A stretch of 63,542 bases of DNA, filler included. It is 8 parts of 8 records of this genome, joined end to end, with 100 filler letters (N's around TTAATTAATTAA, not from the genome) between each part and the next. Parts side by side here need not be neighbours in the genome. Positions count along the whole stretch, not along the records: positions 41,186 to 48,827 come from SRR31147125_7781; positions 48,928 to 54,507 come from SRR31147125_7784; positions 54,608 to 63,542 come from SRR31147125_7785; 5 more parts are not named here. One strand, written 5' to 3'. Of the stretch, positions 43,923-54,686 are shown one piece after another. Below the pieces are notes generated by a model. The model saw nothing but the letters and a program-made list of their open reading frames with translations. It ran no database searches and was not told the DNA's origin. The translations under genes and the position numbers were made by a program. Positions within the stretch are counted from its first letter, which is position 1. Every line of letters starts with the position of its first letter.

Positions 43923-44044
43923 GTTAATTAAAAGCTTTGCATAATATCCCCAAATAAATTAAAAATAATTATGCAAACTCAAATTCAATCCCTTAAGTGA
44001 TAAATGTATCAAATTAATCTATACCTTATGCAAAGGTCTAAATT

Positions 44045-44872
44045 TTAATATTTTGATAATAGTTTATAACTCTCAATAAAAGAAGCAGGACTCTCCTCTT
44101 CAATTAAAATCTCTATATTAGGTTTATGTTTCTGAAGGAAATTGTAGAAATAATCATGATCAAAGATACCGTTTCCAAGTGTCCTAGAAATTTTTCTACC
44201 ATTTTCCATAACGAAATCTTTGGCGTGAATAGCTGCGATTTTATCTCCGTAAAGATCGAATACTTTATTAATCAAACCCTGTTGATCTTTATAATTTTCT
44301 TCTGTAATTAGGTTAATTGGGTCAAATATAACCTTTAGATTACTTGAATTGATAGTATTCAAAACTCTTTTCATTCTTTCCGGTGTATTAATTATATGAT
44401 TAGCAACACCCTCTATAGCAGTAAATACTCCAAACTTTTCAGCTTCTTCTACTAATGGCTCGAGGCTTGTGATAAATCTTGAGAAGGCTTCTTCACCTGA
44501 ATTATCACGATGCGGAGTATAGTCTGCATTTAAGGATCCAGTTTCTGTTCCCACTAAACAAGCTCCAAAATCTCTAGCATGTCTAATGTGCATTTTGAAC
44601 CATTCCTGAAGTTTCGTCATTTCGGCTTTGTCTGGGTGCCCCATATTTATATAGCAACCTAAAACTGCTACATGTATGTCATTATTATCAAGCTCTTTTC
44701 TAACTCTATTGGCAAAACCAGGTGTAATTTTACCTGGATTCATAGCAAAATTTTCAAATGATTTAGCTAAAGCCAGCTGTATACATCTAAAATTATAAGC
44801 ATCTAAATTTTTTGATAACTCTTTAATATCTTTTCCTGGTACGTCATGAGCTCGAACTCCGATATTTAACAT
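44045..44872 (-). CDS. Sugar phosphate isomerase/epimerase (xylose-isomerase-like TIM barrel)
   Basis: IGVRAHD, VLGCYIN, VGTETG, FDPIN, IHAKDF. Confidence 0.85.
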   Translation of the reverse strand: MLNIGVRAHDVPGKDIKELSKNLDAYNFRCIQLALAKSFENFAMNPGKITPGFANRVRKELDNNDIHVAVLGCYINMGHPDKAEMTKLQEWFKMHIRHARDFGACLVGTETGSLNADYTPHRDNSGEEAFSRFITSLEPLVEEAEKFGVFTAIEGVANHIINTPERMKRVLNTINSSNLKVIFDPINLITEENYKDQQGLINKVFDLYGDKIAAIHAKDFVMENGRKISRTLGNGIFDHDYFYNFLQKHKPNIEILIEEESPASFIESYKLLSKY

Positions 44873-44925
44873 TATGTTTCCTCCTGATTAATATTGATTT
44901 TATTATACGCTGGTCGAAGGCTTTT

Positions 44926-45795
44926 TTATATATTTAGTGCTAAAGCCAAAGAACCACATATACCAGCATTATCTCCTAATTCAGGATAAACAATATAATC
45001 ATCGATATTTTCTGCTACTTCAGCTTTTGATACATATGAGTTTAAGAACTCTTTTACATATTTTCTAATTAACGGGAATAGTTGCGCTTGTTTCATTACT
45101 CCACCACCCATGATAATCTTTTCTGGCGAAAGAATAAGGATGTAGTTAACCAATGCCTGCGCTAGATAATATGCTTCTAAATCCCAAGCTTCGTGATCAG
45201 CAGGAAGTTCATGTCCTTTTTTACCCCATCTTTTTTCTATTGCAGGGCCTGCCGCTAAACCTTCCAAGCAGTCTCCGTGATATGGGCACACACCTTTAAA
45301 ACTGTCATTTTCATTTCTTCTAATAAATATATGTCCCATCTCAGGATGAAGTAAACCATGAACCATATTTCCCTCTACAACAGCCCCAGCTCCTATACCT
45401 GTTCCAACAGTTATATAAAGTGAGGAATTTAAACCACGGGCTGCTCCCCACTTAAGCTCCCCAAGTGCTGCACCGTTTACATCAGTATCAAATGCAATTG
45501 GTATATTATTAAAACTCTTTTTAAGGTCACCTATTAAATTATGGTTATTCCAAAACTTTTTTGGTGTAGTAGTTATATATCCATATGTAGATGAATTTTT
45601 ATCTACATCAATTGGCCCAAAAGAACCAACACCTAAGGCTTCTATTTTTTTTCCTTTAAAGAATTCATTTACTTTTGAAATTGTTTCAGATGGAGTAGTT
45701 GTTGGAAAACTGGCTCTTTCCAAAATTTCACCATTTTCATTTCCAATAGCACATACAAATTTAGTTCCACCTGCTTCAATTGCTCCAAGAATCAT
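44926..45795 (-). CDS. ROK-family fructokinase (ScrK/GmuE-like)
   Basis: IEAGGTKFVC, DTDVN, TVGTGIG, HPEMGH, CPYHGDCLEG. Confidence 0.92.
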   Translation of the reverse strand: MILGAIEAGGTKFVCAIGNENGEILERASFPTTTPSETISKVNEFFKGKKIEALGVGSFGPIDVDKNSSTYGYITTTPKKFWNNHNLIGDLKKSFNNIPIAFDTDVNGAALGELKWGAARGLNSSLYITVGTGIGAGAVVEGNMVHGLLHPEMGHIFIRRNENDSFKGVCPYHGDCLEGLAAGPAIEKRWGKKGHELPADHEAWDLEAYYLAQALVNYILILSPEKIIMGGGVMKQAQLFPLIRKYVKEFLNSYVSKAEVAENIDDYIVYPELGDNAGICGSLALALNI

Positions 45796-45813
45796 ACGTT
45801 TTCCTCCAATTTT

Positions 45814-46989
45814 TTATTTATTCTCTTGTCTAATTTCATCAACATGTAAAAATTTCATGATATTATAAAAACATCCTCCGATGCAAACAGCATCATCTCT
45901 ATATTTAGATAATTCAATTGAAATACTGCTTCTAGAGTTAAGAGTGAGTCTTAGTTTATCTAGTAGTTCCGGATAATTATAGATAATTCTACTGTGAAGT
46001 ATTATTTCATCAGGATTAAAGATATTCAGAACATTTGTTATTCCTGTTTTCATATATCTAAATAAATCATCAAGTGCATTTAGTACAATTGGATCATTAT
46101 TCTCTACAGCTTTATTAAAGTCTTCGAGAGTAAATTTCTCTACATTTTTAACAATAGCTAATTCGGCTAAAAATGTGCTTTCACATGCATAAGTTTCCCA
46201 ACATCCTCTATTACCACAGTGGCACTGTTTACCATCTGTATTAATTATCATATGTCCAAACTCTCCGCTAAGTCCGTCCCTTCCCTCGAGGATTTTATTT
46301 TTTATTACAATACTTCCACCGATTCCAGCGGACATGTTTAGATAGATAACGCATTTATCCTTCATATTATATACATTTTTTTCAGCTAAAATCCCAAGTT
46401 TATTATTACTATGAATATTAACCAGAACATCTAATTTAGTCTCAAGCTTTTCTTTTATATTTACATTTTCTAGTTTAAGGTTATCACAATGTTTAATAAT
46501 TCCAGATTTTGTCGTATGACCATGTACACCGATGGAAACACCAAGTATTCCATATTTTGATGCAGGAATTCTTTCTGGTAGTTTTTGAATGACTTGAACT
46601 AATAAAGTAATTAATTCTTCCTCTGATATATTTTGATAATTAATGAAGTCATCAAAACATCTTTTCCCATTTAAATCAGTAATAATTAATTTTAATCCTG
46701 TTTTCAAAAGATCAATTCCTGCAGAATAACCAGCGTTGGATTTAATCGATAATAGAATAGGTTTTTTACCACCTTTTTTACCACTTGCTTGTTCTCCTTT
46801 TTTTTCATTTAGAAGTCCTGCTTCTAAAAGATCAGCGACCTGTGTCGAAACCGTAACTTTGTTAAGTCCGGTTATCTTTGCGATATTTGCCCTTGAGATA
46901 TACTTATTTTTTATTATCTCTTCTACAATGAGTTTTCTATTAATATTTTTGATTAAATTATAATCACCAGTTATCATTTTTACCTCCAA
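45814..46989 (-). CDS. ROK-family transcriptional repressor (XylR-like)
   Basis: ISRANIAKITGLNKVTVS wHTH, GEFGHM, CHCGNRGCWETY; start may be ATG 46977. Confidence 0.92.
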   Translation of the reverse strand: MEVKMITGDYNLIKNINRKLIVEEIIKNKYISRANIAKITGLNKVTVSTQVADLLEAGLLNEKKGEQASGKKGGKKPILLSIKSNAGYSAGIDLLKTGLKLIITDLNGKRCFDDFINYQNISEEELITLLVQVIQKLPERIPASKYGILGVSIGVHGHTTKSGIIKHCDNLKLENVNIKEKLETKLDVLVNIHSNNKLGILAEKNVYNMKDKCVIYLNMSAGIGGSIVIKNKILEGRDGLSGEFGHMIINTDGKQCHCGNRGCWETYACESTFLAELAIVKNVEKFTLEDFNKAVENNDPIVLNALDDLFRYMKTGITNVLNIFNPDEIILHSRIIYNYPELLDKLRLTLNSRSSISIELSKYRDDAVCIGGCFYNIMKFLHVDEIRQENK

Positions 46990-47004
46990 TAATTAATACA
47001 CATA

Positions 47005-47060
47005 AGTTTGTTCGCGTATTAAACTAATTTAATATTACAATACTTTTCATAAATTTGCAA
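47005..47060 (-). promoter_or_regulatory. ROK-repressor promoter with autoregulatory operator
   Basis: TTGCAA(47060-55)-17-TAATAT(47037-32); operator AGTTTGTTCGCGTATTAAACTAATT at 47005-47029. Confidence 0.72.
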
Positions 47061-47347
47061 GATTTAAACAATGGATTTGAAGCCTAGTTTGATTTTAAAG
47101 GCTTTTGATTGGACTTTATAAAGAATTACAAATGTTATATTTTAATATTTTTAATATAAAAATTAAGATGAATTTAAGCTATAATTATTTGAATATTATT
47201 TTGTTGTAGACACAAAGAATTACATGTGGAAATAAGAATTAATTTATAAAATTTTTTTAGAAAAATATTGTTTTTTTTAATGGAATCTCTTTGCAACAAT
47301 AATGTTTTCAGTAATAAAAATAAATAAGTTCCTAAGAAAATAAAAGT

Positions 47348-47412
47348 TTGACTTTTAAAAATAAAAGGGGTATTATACGTATTAGATAGTTAGTTAGAAC
47401 ACTAAACTAACT
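47348..47412 (+). promoter_or_regulatory. Promoter and 25-bp ROK-type operator of the GH105-remnant/GH4 unit
   Basis: TTGACT-17-TATTAT at 47348-47376; AGTTAGTTAGAACACTAAACTAACT at 47388-47412. Confidence 0.78.
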
Positions 47413-47542
47413 TATTAAAAAACACTTTTACTTAGCTATTAAGGTGAATGACAGCTTGTTTGTACGCTATGGATAATACAAAAATAAATATTTAAAAAAA
47501 TAAATAAGCAGAATTGCATTTAAACATTGAGAGGTGAACAGC

Positions 47543-47834
47543 TTGATAAATAAAAATATATTCAAAGAAAAAATATAAAGAGCTCATGCTAGAGTGGGCA
47601 GAGTGGATAATGAATGATATGCCTCGAACGAAGGAGTTCGGTCTTCAACATACTACTTCTGATAGTCTAAATTTAGGCGAACTTTGGGATGACACTTTAT
47701 TTATGACGGTTTTATTTCTAGTTAAGACAGGAAAAATATTTAATAAACAAGAGTACAATGATGAATCGGTGAGACAGTATTTATTACATACAAAATATCT
47801 AGCAGATTCTAAAACAGGACTATGCTTGCATTAG
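47543..47834 (+). pseudogene. Deletion remnant of a GH105 unsaturated rhamnogalacturonyl hydrolase (YesR-like)
   Basis: EWAEWIMNDMPRT..GLQH..ELWDDTLFMTVLFL..YLADSKTGL is only the central ~80 aa of the enzyme. Confidence 0.8.
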
Positions 47835-47916
47835 TTGAAGGAATTAATCATATTTAAAGTAAAACTTTAATTATTGCAAAGAAAATTTAACTATACAAAA
47901 TTTAGGAGAGTTATCG

Positions 47917-48827
47917 ATGATGAAGAATAATAAAAATGCTAATGATTTAAAAATAGCTTATATTGGTGGAGGTTCAAATAACTGGGCAAGAATATTGATG
48001 AATGATTTTGCTCAAGAGGATGATATAAGTGGAGAAGTAAAATTATACGATATTGATTATGATTCAGCAAAAGCAAATGAAAAAATGGGAAATACTATTA
48101 TTAAAAGTGATAAGTGGAAATATATTGCTACTGAGACTTTGGATGAAGCTTTAAAAGATGTTGACTTTGTCTTCATCTCAATACTCCCAGGAAGTTTTGA
48201 AGATATGCGAAAAGATGTACACTTGCCAGAGAAATATGGAGTTTATCAATCTGTTGGAGATACAGTTGGTCTAGGTGGAATTGTTAGATCATGGAGAACG
48301 GTACCTATGATAGCTGAAATCGCTGAAAGAGTTAAGTTAATTTGTCCTGACGCATGGGTAATCAATTTTACTAATCCAATGACTATTTGTGTAAAAACAT
48401 TATATGAAGTTTTTCCTGAGATAAAAGCGTATGGTTGTTGTCATGAGGTATTTGATACTCAAAAAATACTTAAAACAGCTCTCGAAAAAATGAGAGATAT
48501 GAAAGATATTAGCTTTAAAGATATTAAAACAAATGTTCTTGGGATAAACCACTTTACCTGGATAGACAAGGCAAGCTACAAAGGAATAGATATTATGCCT
48601 ATTTACAAAGAGTTTGTTGATAAATATTACGAAGAAGGTTTTAATGAAACTGAAGAAAATTGGTTCAATAATCACTTTAAATCATCAGAGAGAGTTAAAT
48701 TTGATCTATATAAAAATTATGGATTAATAGCAGCAGCTGGTGACAGGCATCTTGCTGAATTTGTGCCAAATGACTGGTATATGGCAGAGCATAAGTTTTG
48801 GAAATTTGGTTTAACTCCTGTACAGTG
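47917..48827 (+). CDS. GH4 glycoside hydrolase, probable alpha-galacturonidase (LplD-like), 3'-truncated
   Basis: KIAYIGGGS, QSVGDTVG, INFTNPM, CCHEV motif, GINHFTW, AAGDRHLAEF. Confidence 0.85.
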
Positions 48828-48927
48828 NNNNNNNNNNNNNNNNNNNNNNNNNNNNNNNNNNNNNNNNNNNNTTAATTAATTAANNNNNNNNNNNNNNNNN
48901 NNNNNNNNNNNNNNNNNNNNNNNNNNN
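48828..48927. other. Artificial contig spacer
   Basis: N44-TTAATTAATTAA-N44. Confidence 0.99.
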
Positions 48928-49128
48928 AAAACCGGTGTAATCCTGAGCGATGCCGCTGATGGTCGGAGGGGAGATGGCATGAATTATACTCTGGCATTCA
49001 AAGAACCCCTCAAAGCAGGGATGGAGTTTGATCTTATGGAAAAACGTGGAGAATGGGCTCATATAGAACTTGCTGATGGTCAGGAGTGCTGGGTAAAAAA
49101 TAATCAGGTCGGCTTTGTTTGTGAATAA
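48928..49128 (+). CDS. C-terminal SH3b domain fragment (BatE-like), not in ORF track
   Basis: KTGVIL..GRRGDGMNYTLAFKEPLKAGMEFDLMEKRGEWAHIELADGQECWV..*. Confidence 0.65.
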   Translation, partial: KTGVILSDAADGRRGDGMNYTLAFKEPLKAGMEFDLMEKRGEWAHIELADGQECWVKNNQVGFVCE

Positions 49129-49314
49129 TCAGAATATGTATATTTAATGCTGGTTACATGAGAAGATATTTCATTACACCAATTATAACCGAAATGTTGT
49201 TGCCAAATATTTGCATTCATGAATAATATTAGTTATAATTCAGAGTACAACTGGTGACTATCGTTTTGGTCATTACATGGTTTAGTATATTTCGCGGTAT
49301 AATTGGGGTGTGAT

Positions 49315-50617
49315 TTGAAGACAATAGCTTTTATGAATCAGAAGGGTGGAGTCGGTAAGACGACTACTACTGTCAGTGTCGGTTCTTTTCTTGCTTCTGA
49401 GTATGGCAAGAAGGTCTTGCTTGTTGACCTTGATCCACAGGGTAACCTTTCTGACCATGTAGGGATAGACCCCAATACTACTGAAAAATCAATATATAAT
49501 GTCCTTGTCGATGAGATGCCTGTGCAAGAGGTTATTCAGCATGTCTGTGATATGGATGTAATACCAGCAAATATAGATCTTTCTGCAGCAGAGATTGAGC
49601 TTGTCAGTATGATGAGTAGAGAAGTCCGCCTCAAGAATTCTATAGCTGAAATAGCTGATAATTATGATTATATCCTCCTTGATTGCCCACCAAGTCTCGG
49701 TCTGCTGACTGTTTCAGGGCTGGCATTTGCAGATGAAGTTATTGTCCCGATGCAGGCAGAGTATCTGGCTTTGCGTGGTCTCTCTCAGCTTGTACATACT
49801 ATTGAGCTTGTAAAAGGGCATCTCAACCCAGAGCTTACTGTCGGTGGTGTTATATTCTGCATGTATGACGGCAGAACATTGCTGGCGCAGAGTGTGCGCG
49901 GTGAAGTTGAGAACCATTTCCCTGGTAAAGTATACCAGACAGGTATCAGTAAGAATATACGCCTTGCTGAAGCTCCGAGTTACGGACTACCGGTTGGATT
50001 ATATGATCCTAACTGTAAGGGCAGCAACGACTACAGGGATATTACGGAAGAATTTTTACAACGTTATGGTGATGAAGTAAAAAAAAAGACTGAAGAAGCA
50101 AGCACAAGTTGAGCTAGGTTTTCCTCGTATATATTCTGCTCCAGAAATTTCAGATACTGCAGATATAGAAAGTAAGATAAGGGGTACTGTTGTAGATGAT
50201 AGCAAAGATCATGATACGAAATTAGTAGCTGAAAAAGAAGAAGTTGTGAGTAAGTTATCTGATGAACCGGATTATTTTACAAGTGGGGGCGTGGCAGAAC
50301 TGCCCATTTTAGGAACAGCTGATAAAGACGTTGCAAATTTGCAATCTGAAGGGGCAGATTCTGATACTGATGAAGTTGAAACGTTGCAACCTGACTCTAA
50401 AACTGGAAGTAATGAAATTGATTCTATTGTTCCTGATTGTATGGAACATGGGGATACGTTGAGTGATATTTGTCTTACTCATTCTCTCCTGATAGATAAG
50501 ACTGTGGTAACGCAGCCTTCATCTGAAATATCCCCATTACTAAAAACTAAACGCCATTCGCTTGCAGATCAGCAATTACCACCTGTTATCCACCCACGCT
50601 GGAAAGCTGATGAGTAG
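49315..50617 (+). CDS. ParA/Soj-family ATPase, probably continuing through the A9 run at 50079-50087 into an acidic C-terminal tail
   Basis: NQKGGVGKTTT, DLDPQGN, DCPPSLG, RLAEAPSYG; the second frame is open from 50081 to 50617. Confidence 0.8.
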
Positions 50618-50680
50618 AGCGGAATTATTAAATGTGAATCATTATTTTGTGTCATATATCAATCTACATTTGCTTGTATT

Positions 50681-50727
50681 TATTAAATAACACCTATGAA
50701 AATTATTTTCATAGGTGTTATTTAATA
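50681..50727. terminator. Perfect 22-bp inverted repeat; bidirectional terminator
   Basis: TATTAAATAACACCTATGAAAA-TTA-TTTTCATAGGTGTTATTTAATA between convergent genes. Confidence 0.8.
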
Positions 50728-50759
50728 TGGGGTGTTATATTTTCAGACTAGCTTTCCTG

Positions 50760-52877
50760 TTAGAATTTTCCGAATTCTGAGTCATCAAGTTTTATGTTAT
50801 CTTGTGGATGGATAACGGCTGCATTGCTGTTTGATGGCTTTTTCATCTCAGGTAACTGGCTGTTTCTTTTTAGAATCCTATCTTTCTGCCGAAGCCTTTC
50901 TTCAGTTTTGGCAAGTTTGAATTCACTGACCAGCTTTTGAAGGTTGGAGGAAATATTCAACATTTCTTCACTTGAGCTTGCTGTTTCTTCTGCATTGGCA
51001 GTATTCGACTGAGTTACATCCGCAATCTGTTTGAGGCCAGTATCTATCTGTGATACTCCTTCCGCCTGATTACTGGATGCTTCGGCGATTTCAGCAACAA
51101 GAATTGTTGCTTTGCTGATAGCTTCGGCAATATCATCTAGTGATTCAGCTGTAATACCAGTCATCGTGTTGCCATTATCTATTTTACTTACCATATTTTC
51201 AATAAGCTCTGCGGTTTCACCAGCTGCTTTGGCACTGCGGGCAGCAAGATTTCTAACTTCTTCAGCAACAACTGCAAATCCTTTTCCTTGAGCTCCTGCA
51301 CGGGCTGCCTCAACAGCTGCGTTGAGAGCGAGCAGGTTGGTCTGGAATGCAATGTCATCAATTGTCTTGATTACTTTCTGAGTCTCTTGAGCACGCTCTG
51401 AAATATCTTTCATAGCGAAGGAGAGTTTTTCCATCTGTTCTTTTCCAGTCACAGCGGTGTTGTTGGCATTGCTTGAAAGCTGATTGGCTTCTGAAGCATT
51501 CGCTGCATTATGCCTAGTCTGTGAACCGAGTTCGGTTATAGAAGAAGTTATCTCCTCAATAGAGGCAGCTTGCTCTGTCGCTCCACTAGATAGTGACTGG
51601 CTTGCAGAGCTTAGATGTATCGCTCCTTTGTTAACACTTTCAACAGTATTATTGACATGTGTAAATGCCTGCCCAAAGTCATTCAACATTTTTATTAGAG
51701 CATTACGAAGAACATCTTTTGAGTCCTTCGCTTTCAGGCATATTGTTAGATCTTTATCTGCTATACTTAGTGCAACACCTGACATGTCGTTGAGGTATTG
51801 TTGTATCTTATGAACTGCTCTTGAAATTTGCCCTACTTCGTCACTGCGGTGCGATGCTTTTGTCAACGTTTTTGAGTGCTCTTTAATCTCATTTATGTTA
51901 CCTTGAGAAAGCTGAGTAATTGTGTCACTGACTGCGACCATAATTCTAGCTACTGGAGATACAACAAGAAGAATTACAATGCTAATTACGAGAATAAGAA
52001 TGATTGCCCCGATAAATGAAGTCTGCTCTACAGGTTTGAGAACCTCTAGTAATTCAGTCTCAGACACAGCAATTGCAATACGCCAGTCATTATCCGTTGC
52101 TAGACTCATGATGTGTTTATGTTCATTTGACCTCTCCCACCAGTATCGATGAGTTTCAGGAAATACATTAAGAGCTTTCTTTGCATCAGAACTACTATTA
52201 GCGAAATCTTTGTTCATAACAAGATTTTTATTTGGGTGGTTGAGTAGTATGCCCTCATTACTTTCAATAAGAGCATAACCTGATTTTGCCATTCTGACTG
52301 GTTTGATATATTTGCTGTTAATGCTATCCAGACTTTCAGTGGTCAGGATAGTACCGATAATTATTCCATTCTGTTTGATAGGTGCACATACTGTGTAGAT
52401 TGGTTTGTCTGTTATTTTATCTACTACAACTTTTGAAATATTAATATTTCCATTAATTGCCTTTTGAAAATACTCTCTATCGTGAATATCTATTCCAATG
52501 TATTTAGTATTATTAGCAGCTACTCCTATTCCTTTCATATCTGTTACTATAATAGCATCAATTTCTGGGTGAGATTTATTTACCTGAGTAAAAAAAACAT
52601 TTGCTTCTTTCTGACTTTGTGAATTATCATTTGAGATGATATTGATGACATAAGGACTTATTGAGAGCAGTTCTGTATAGCGTTTATTGGTATTAAGCTG
52701 AAGATTGATAAGTTCTGTTATTTTTTCTAATTTGAGCGCCATTTCTTTTTTGGCATTATTTAGCACAATGTCACTGGAAAGTGAATATAAAATATACTGT
52801 GTTATACCTACCAGTAAAATAATAGTAATTACTATTGGTAATAATAATCTGTTCTTAAAATTCAAATGTACTTTCAA
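50760..52877 (-). CDS. Methyl-accepting chemotaxis protein with dCache sensor
   Basis: [26 protein letters not shown]-terminal DSEFGKF tether-like end; TTG start after AAGGAAG. Confidence 0.93.
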   Translation of the reverse strand: MKVHLNFKNRLLLPIVITIILLVGITQYILYSLSSDIVLNNAKKEMALKLEKITELINLQLNTNKRYTELLSISPYVINIISNDNSQSQKEANVFFTQVNKSHPEIDAIIVTDMKGIGVAANNTKYIGIDIHDREYFQKAINGNINISKVVVDKITDKPIYTVCAPIKQNGIIIGTILTTESLDSINSKYIKPVRMAKSGYALIESNEGILLNHPNKNLVMNKDFANSSSDAKKALNVFPETHRYWWERSNEHKHIMSLATDNDWRIAIAVSETELLEVLKPVEQTSFIGAIILILVISIVILLVVSPVARIMVAVSDTITQLSQGNINEIKEHSKTLTKASHRSDEVGQISRAVHKIQQYLNDMSGVALSIADKDLTICLKAKDSKDVLRNALIKMLNDFGQAFTHVNNTVESVNKGAIHLSSASQSLSSGATEQAASIEEITSSITELGSQTRHNAANASEANQLSSNANNTAVTGKEQMEKLSFAMKDISERAQETQKVIKTIDDIAFQTNLLALNAAVEAARAGAQGKGFAVVAEEVRNLAARSAKAAGETAELIENMVSKIDNGNTMTGITAESLDDIAEAISKATILVAEIAEASSNQAEGVSQIDTGLKQIADVTQSNTANAEETASSSEEMLNISSNLQKLVSEFKLAKTEERLRQKDRILKRNSQLPEMKKPSNSNAAVIHPQDNIKLDDSEFGKF

Positions 52878-53279
52878 AATAATACTTCCTTTCTGTATCA
52901 TTTTTATAAAACAATGATATTTTGCTAATGTTTTAATAAACTTCAAATATTTCGTATTGATATACAACGTATTAAGTTGTTTCTATATAAAGTTAACAAT
53001 ATAATGTTTATATTGTCAAGAAGCAAAACGGAATAATGATTACTTTTGATGAGAAATAATGCTTGATGTGATCCAATTCTAGTCTTGCTTGTGTATATTT
53101 GTGCTATTATTTCGATTTTTTATTATTGATAAAATAAAGAAGAAGTGTATACTACACTGTTAATTGATAATTTGGTATCGATATATTGTGAGCCGAATTC
53201 ATGTGGTAGAAGTATTGAATAGTAATTAATAATTGGCAATTTATAAATGTAATTATTTTGTTTTTAATGGAGGATTTCA

Positions 53280-54431
53280 ATGGCTACATTTACAGTTCCA
53301 CGTTTTACACACTTTGGACTTGGGTGTCTTGATGAACTTAAAAGTATTAAAGGTTCAAAGGCTGTTATTATTACAGGTGGCAGCTCAATGAAAAAGGGTG
53401 GATTTATCGATAAAACTGCAGCTTTTCTGAAAGAAGCGGGTATTGAGTCAGCACTCTTTGAAGGTGTTGAGCCAGATCCATCAATCGAGACTGTAGCTCG
53501 TGGTGTGGAATTCTTTAACAAAGAACAACCCGACGTAATTATCGGCCTGGGCGGCTGCTCAGCGATTGATGCGGCAAAAGCAATGTGGGTGTTTTATGAA
53601 TATCCAGAGACAAAATTTGAAGATATTACCCCGCCATTCTCCATCAAGCCACTACGTAATAAAGCTCAATTTATCGCTATCCCTTCTACAAGTGGTACTG
53701 GGACAGAAGTAACTTGTGCAACAGTTATTACTGATCATAAAAAAGGTGTAAAGTATCCTATCGTATCGTATGAGATTACTCCGGATATCGCTATTGTTGA
53801 TGGTGAGTTATGTGTAAGTATGCCTGCTCATGTTACTGCCAATACAGGTCTTGATGCTCTTGCTCATGCGGTAGAGGCTTATGTCACAGGTCTTGCTTCT
53901 TCATTCTCTGATACTTTTGTTGTTGAATCAGTCAAAATGGTATTTGAGAACCTACCAAAAGCTTATAAAAACGGTGAAGATCGTGAAGCTCGTCAGGCAA
54001 TGCATGAAGCTTCATGTATGGCTGGTATGGCATTCAGTAATGCGATTCTCGGTATTATTCATTCAATGGCGCATCAGGTTGGCGGTATGTTTGGCATTCC
54101 GCACGGTTGTGCTAATGCGATTCTTATGCCAAATGCTATTCGTTATAATAGTAAAGTTACTGATAAGTATGGTATACTCGCCAAAGTGCTTGGCACTGAA
54201 GGTGCCGAGGGCTTGGCTGTTGCTATTGAGAAGCTTCGTGACGAACTCAATGTCCCTGCCACTTTTAAAGATTATGGTATTGAAGAGGCTGCATGGAATG
54301 AAAAGCTCGAAGAGGTTGCTGCCAATGCTATGGCTGATCCTTGTACTGGAACAAATCCACGTCAGCCACAAGGAGATGAACTCAAGGAAATTCTTGATAG
54401 TTGCTTTAAAGGCGAGAAAGTAAATTTTTAG
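53280..54431 (+). CDS. Iron-containing alcohol dehydrogenase (NADPH butanol dehydrogenase-like)
   Basis: VEPDPS, GLGGCSAIDAAK, PSTSGTGTEVT, GLDALAHAVEA, GIIHSMAH, PHG. Confidence 0.93.
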   Translation: MATFTVPRFTHFGLGCLDELKSIKGSKAVIITGGSSMKKGGFIDKTAAFLKEAGIESALFEGVEPDPSIETVARGVEFFNKEQPDVIIGLGGCSAIDAAKAMWVFYEYPETKFEDITPPFSIKPLRNKAQFIAIPSTSGTGTEVTCATVITDHKKGVKYPIVSYEITPDIAIVDGELCVSMPAHVTANTGLDALAHAVEAYVTGLASSFSDTFVVESVKMVFENLPKAYKNGEDREARQAMHEASCMAGMAFSNAILGIIHSMAHQVGGMFGIPHGCANAILMPNAIRYNSKVTDKYGILAKVLGTEGAEGLAVAIEKLRDELNVPATFKDYGIEEAAWNEKLEEVAANAMADPCTGTNPRQPQGDELKEILDSCFKGEKVNF

Positions 54432-54507
54432 GAAATTATTAAGTCATTCCTATCGCACTATATAAATTGTAATTAATATAACAACATGTAGAAATGTCGA
54501 GGAGGGG

Positions 54508-54607
54508 NNNNNNNNNNNNNNNNNNNNNNNNNNNNNNNNNNNNNNNNNNNNTTAATTAATTAANNNNNNNNNNNNNNNNNNNNNNNNNNNNNNNNNNNNN
54601 NNNNNNN
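54508..54607. other. Artificial contig spacer
   Basis: N44-TTAATTAATTAA-N44. Confidence 0.99.
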
Positions 54608-54609
54608 GT

Positions 54610-54653
54610 AATTAAAAAAAGAATAACAGTCTGCTGTTATTCTTTTTTTAATT
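54610..54653. terminator. Bidirectional terminator downstream of the GH3 gene
   Basis: AATTAAAAAAAGAATAACAG-TCTG-CTGTTATTCTTTTTTTAATT. Confidence 0.8.
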
Positions 54654-54686
54654 GGTATCATAAGGATTTGAAGTGATATGTATGAA

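Noticed and set aside
53060..53210. Rex or FNR boxes upstream of the alcohol dehydrogenase
   Set aside because: Only half-sites (TTGTGA, TTGAT) with wrong spacing or poor second arms
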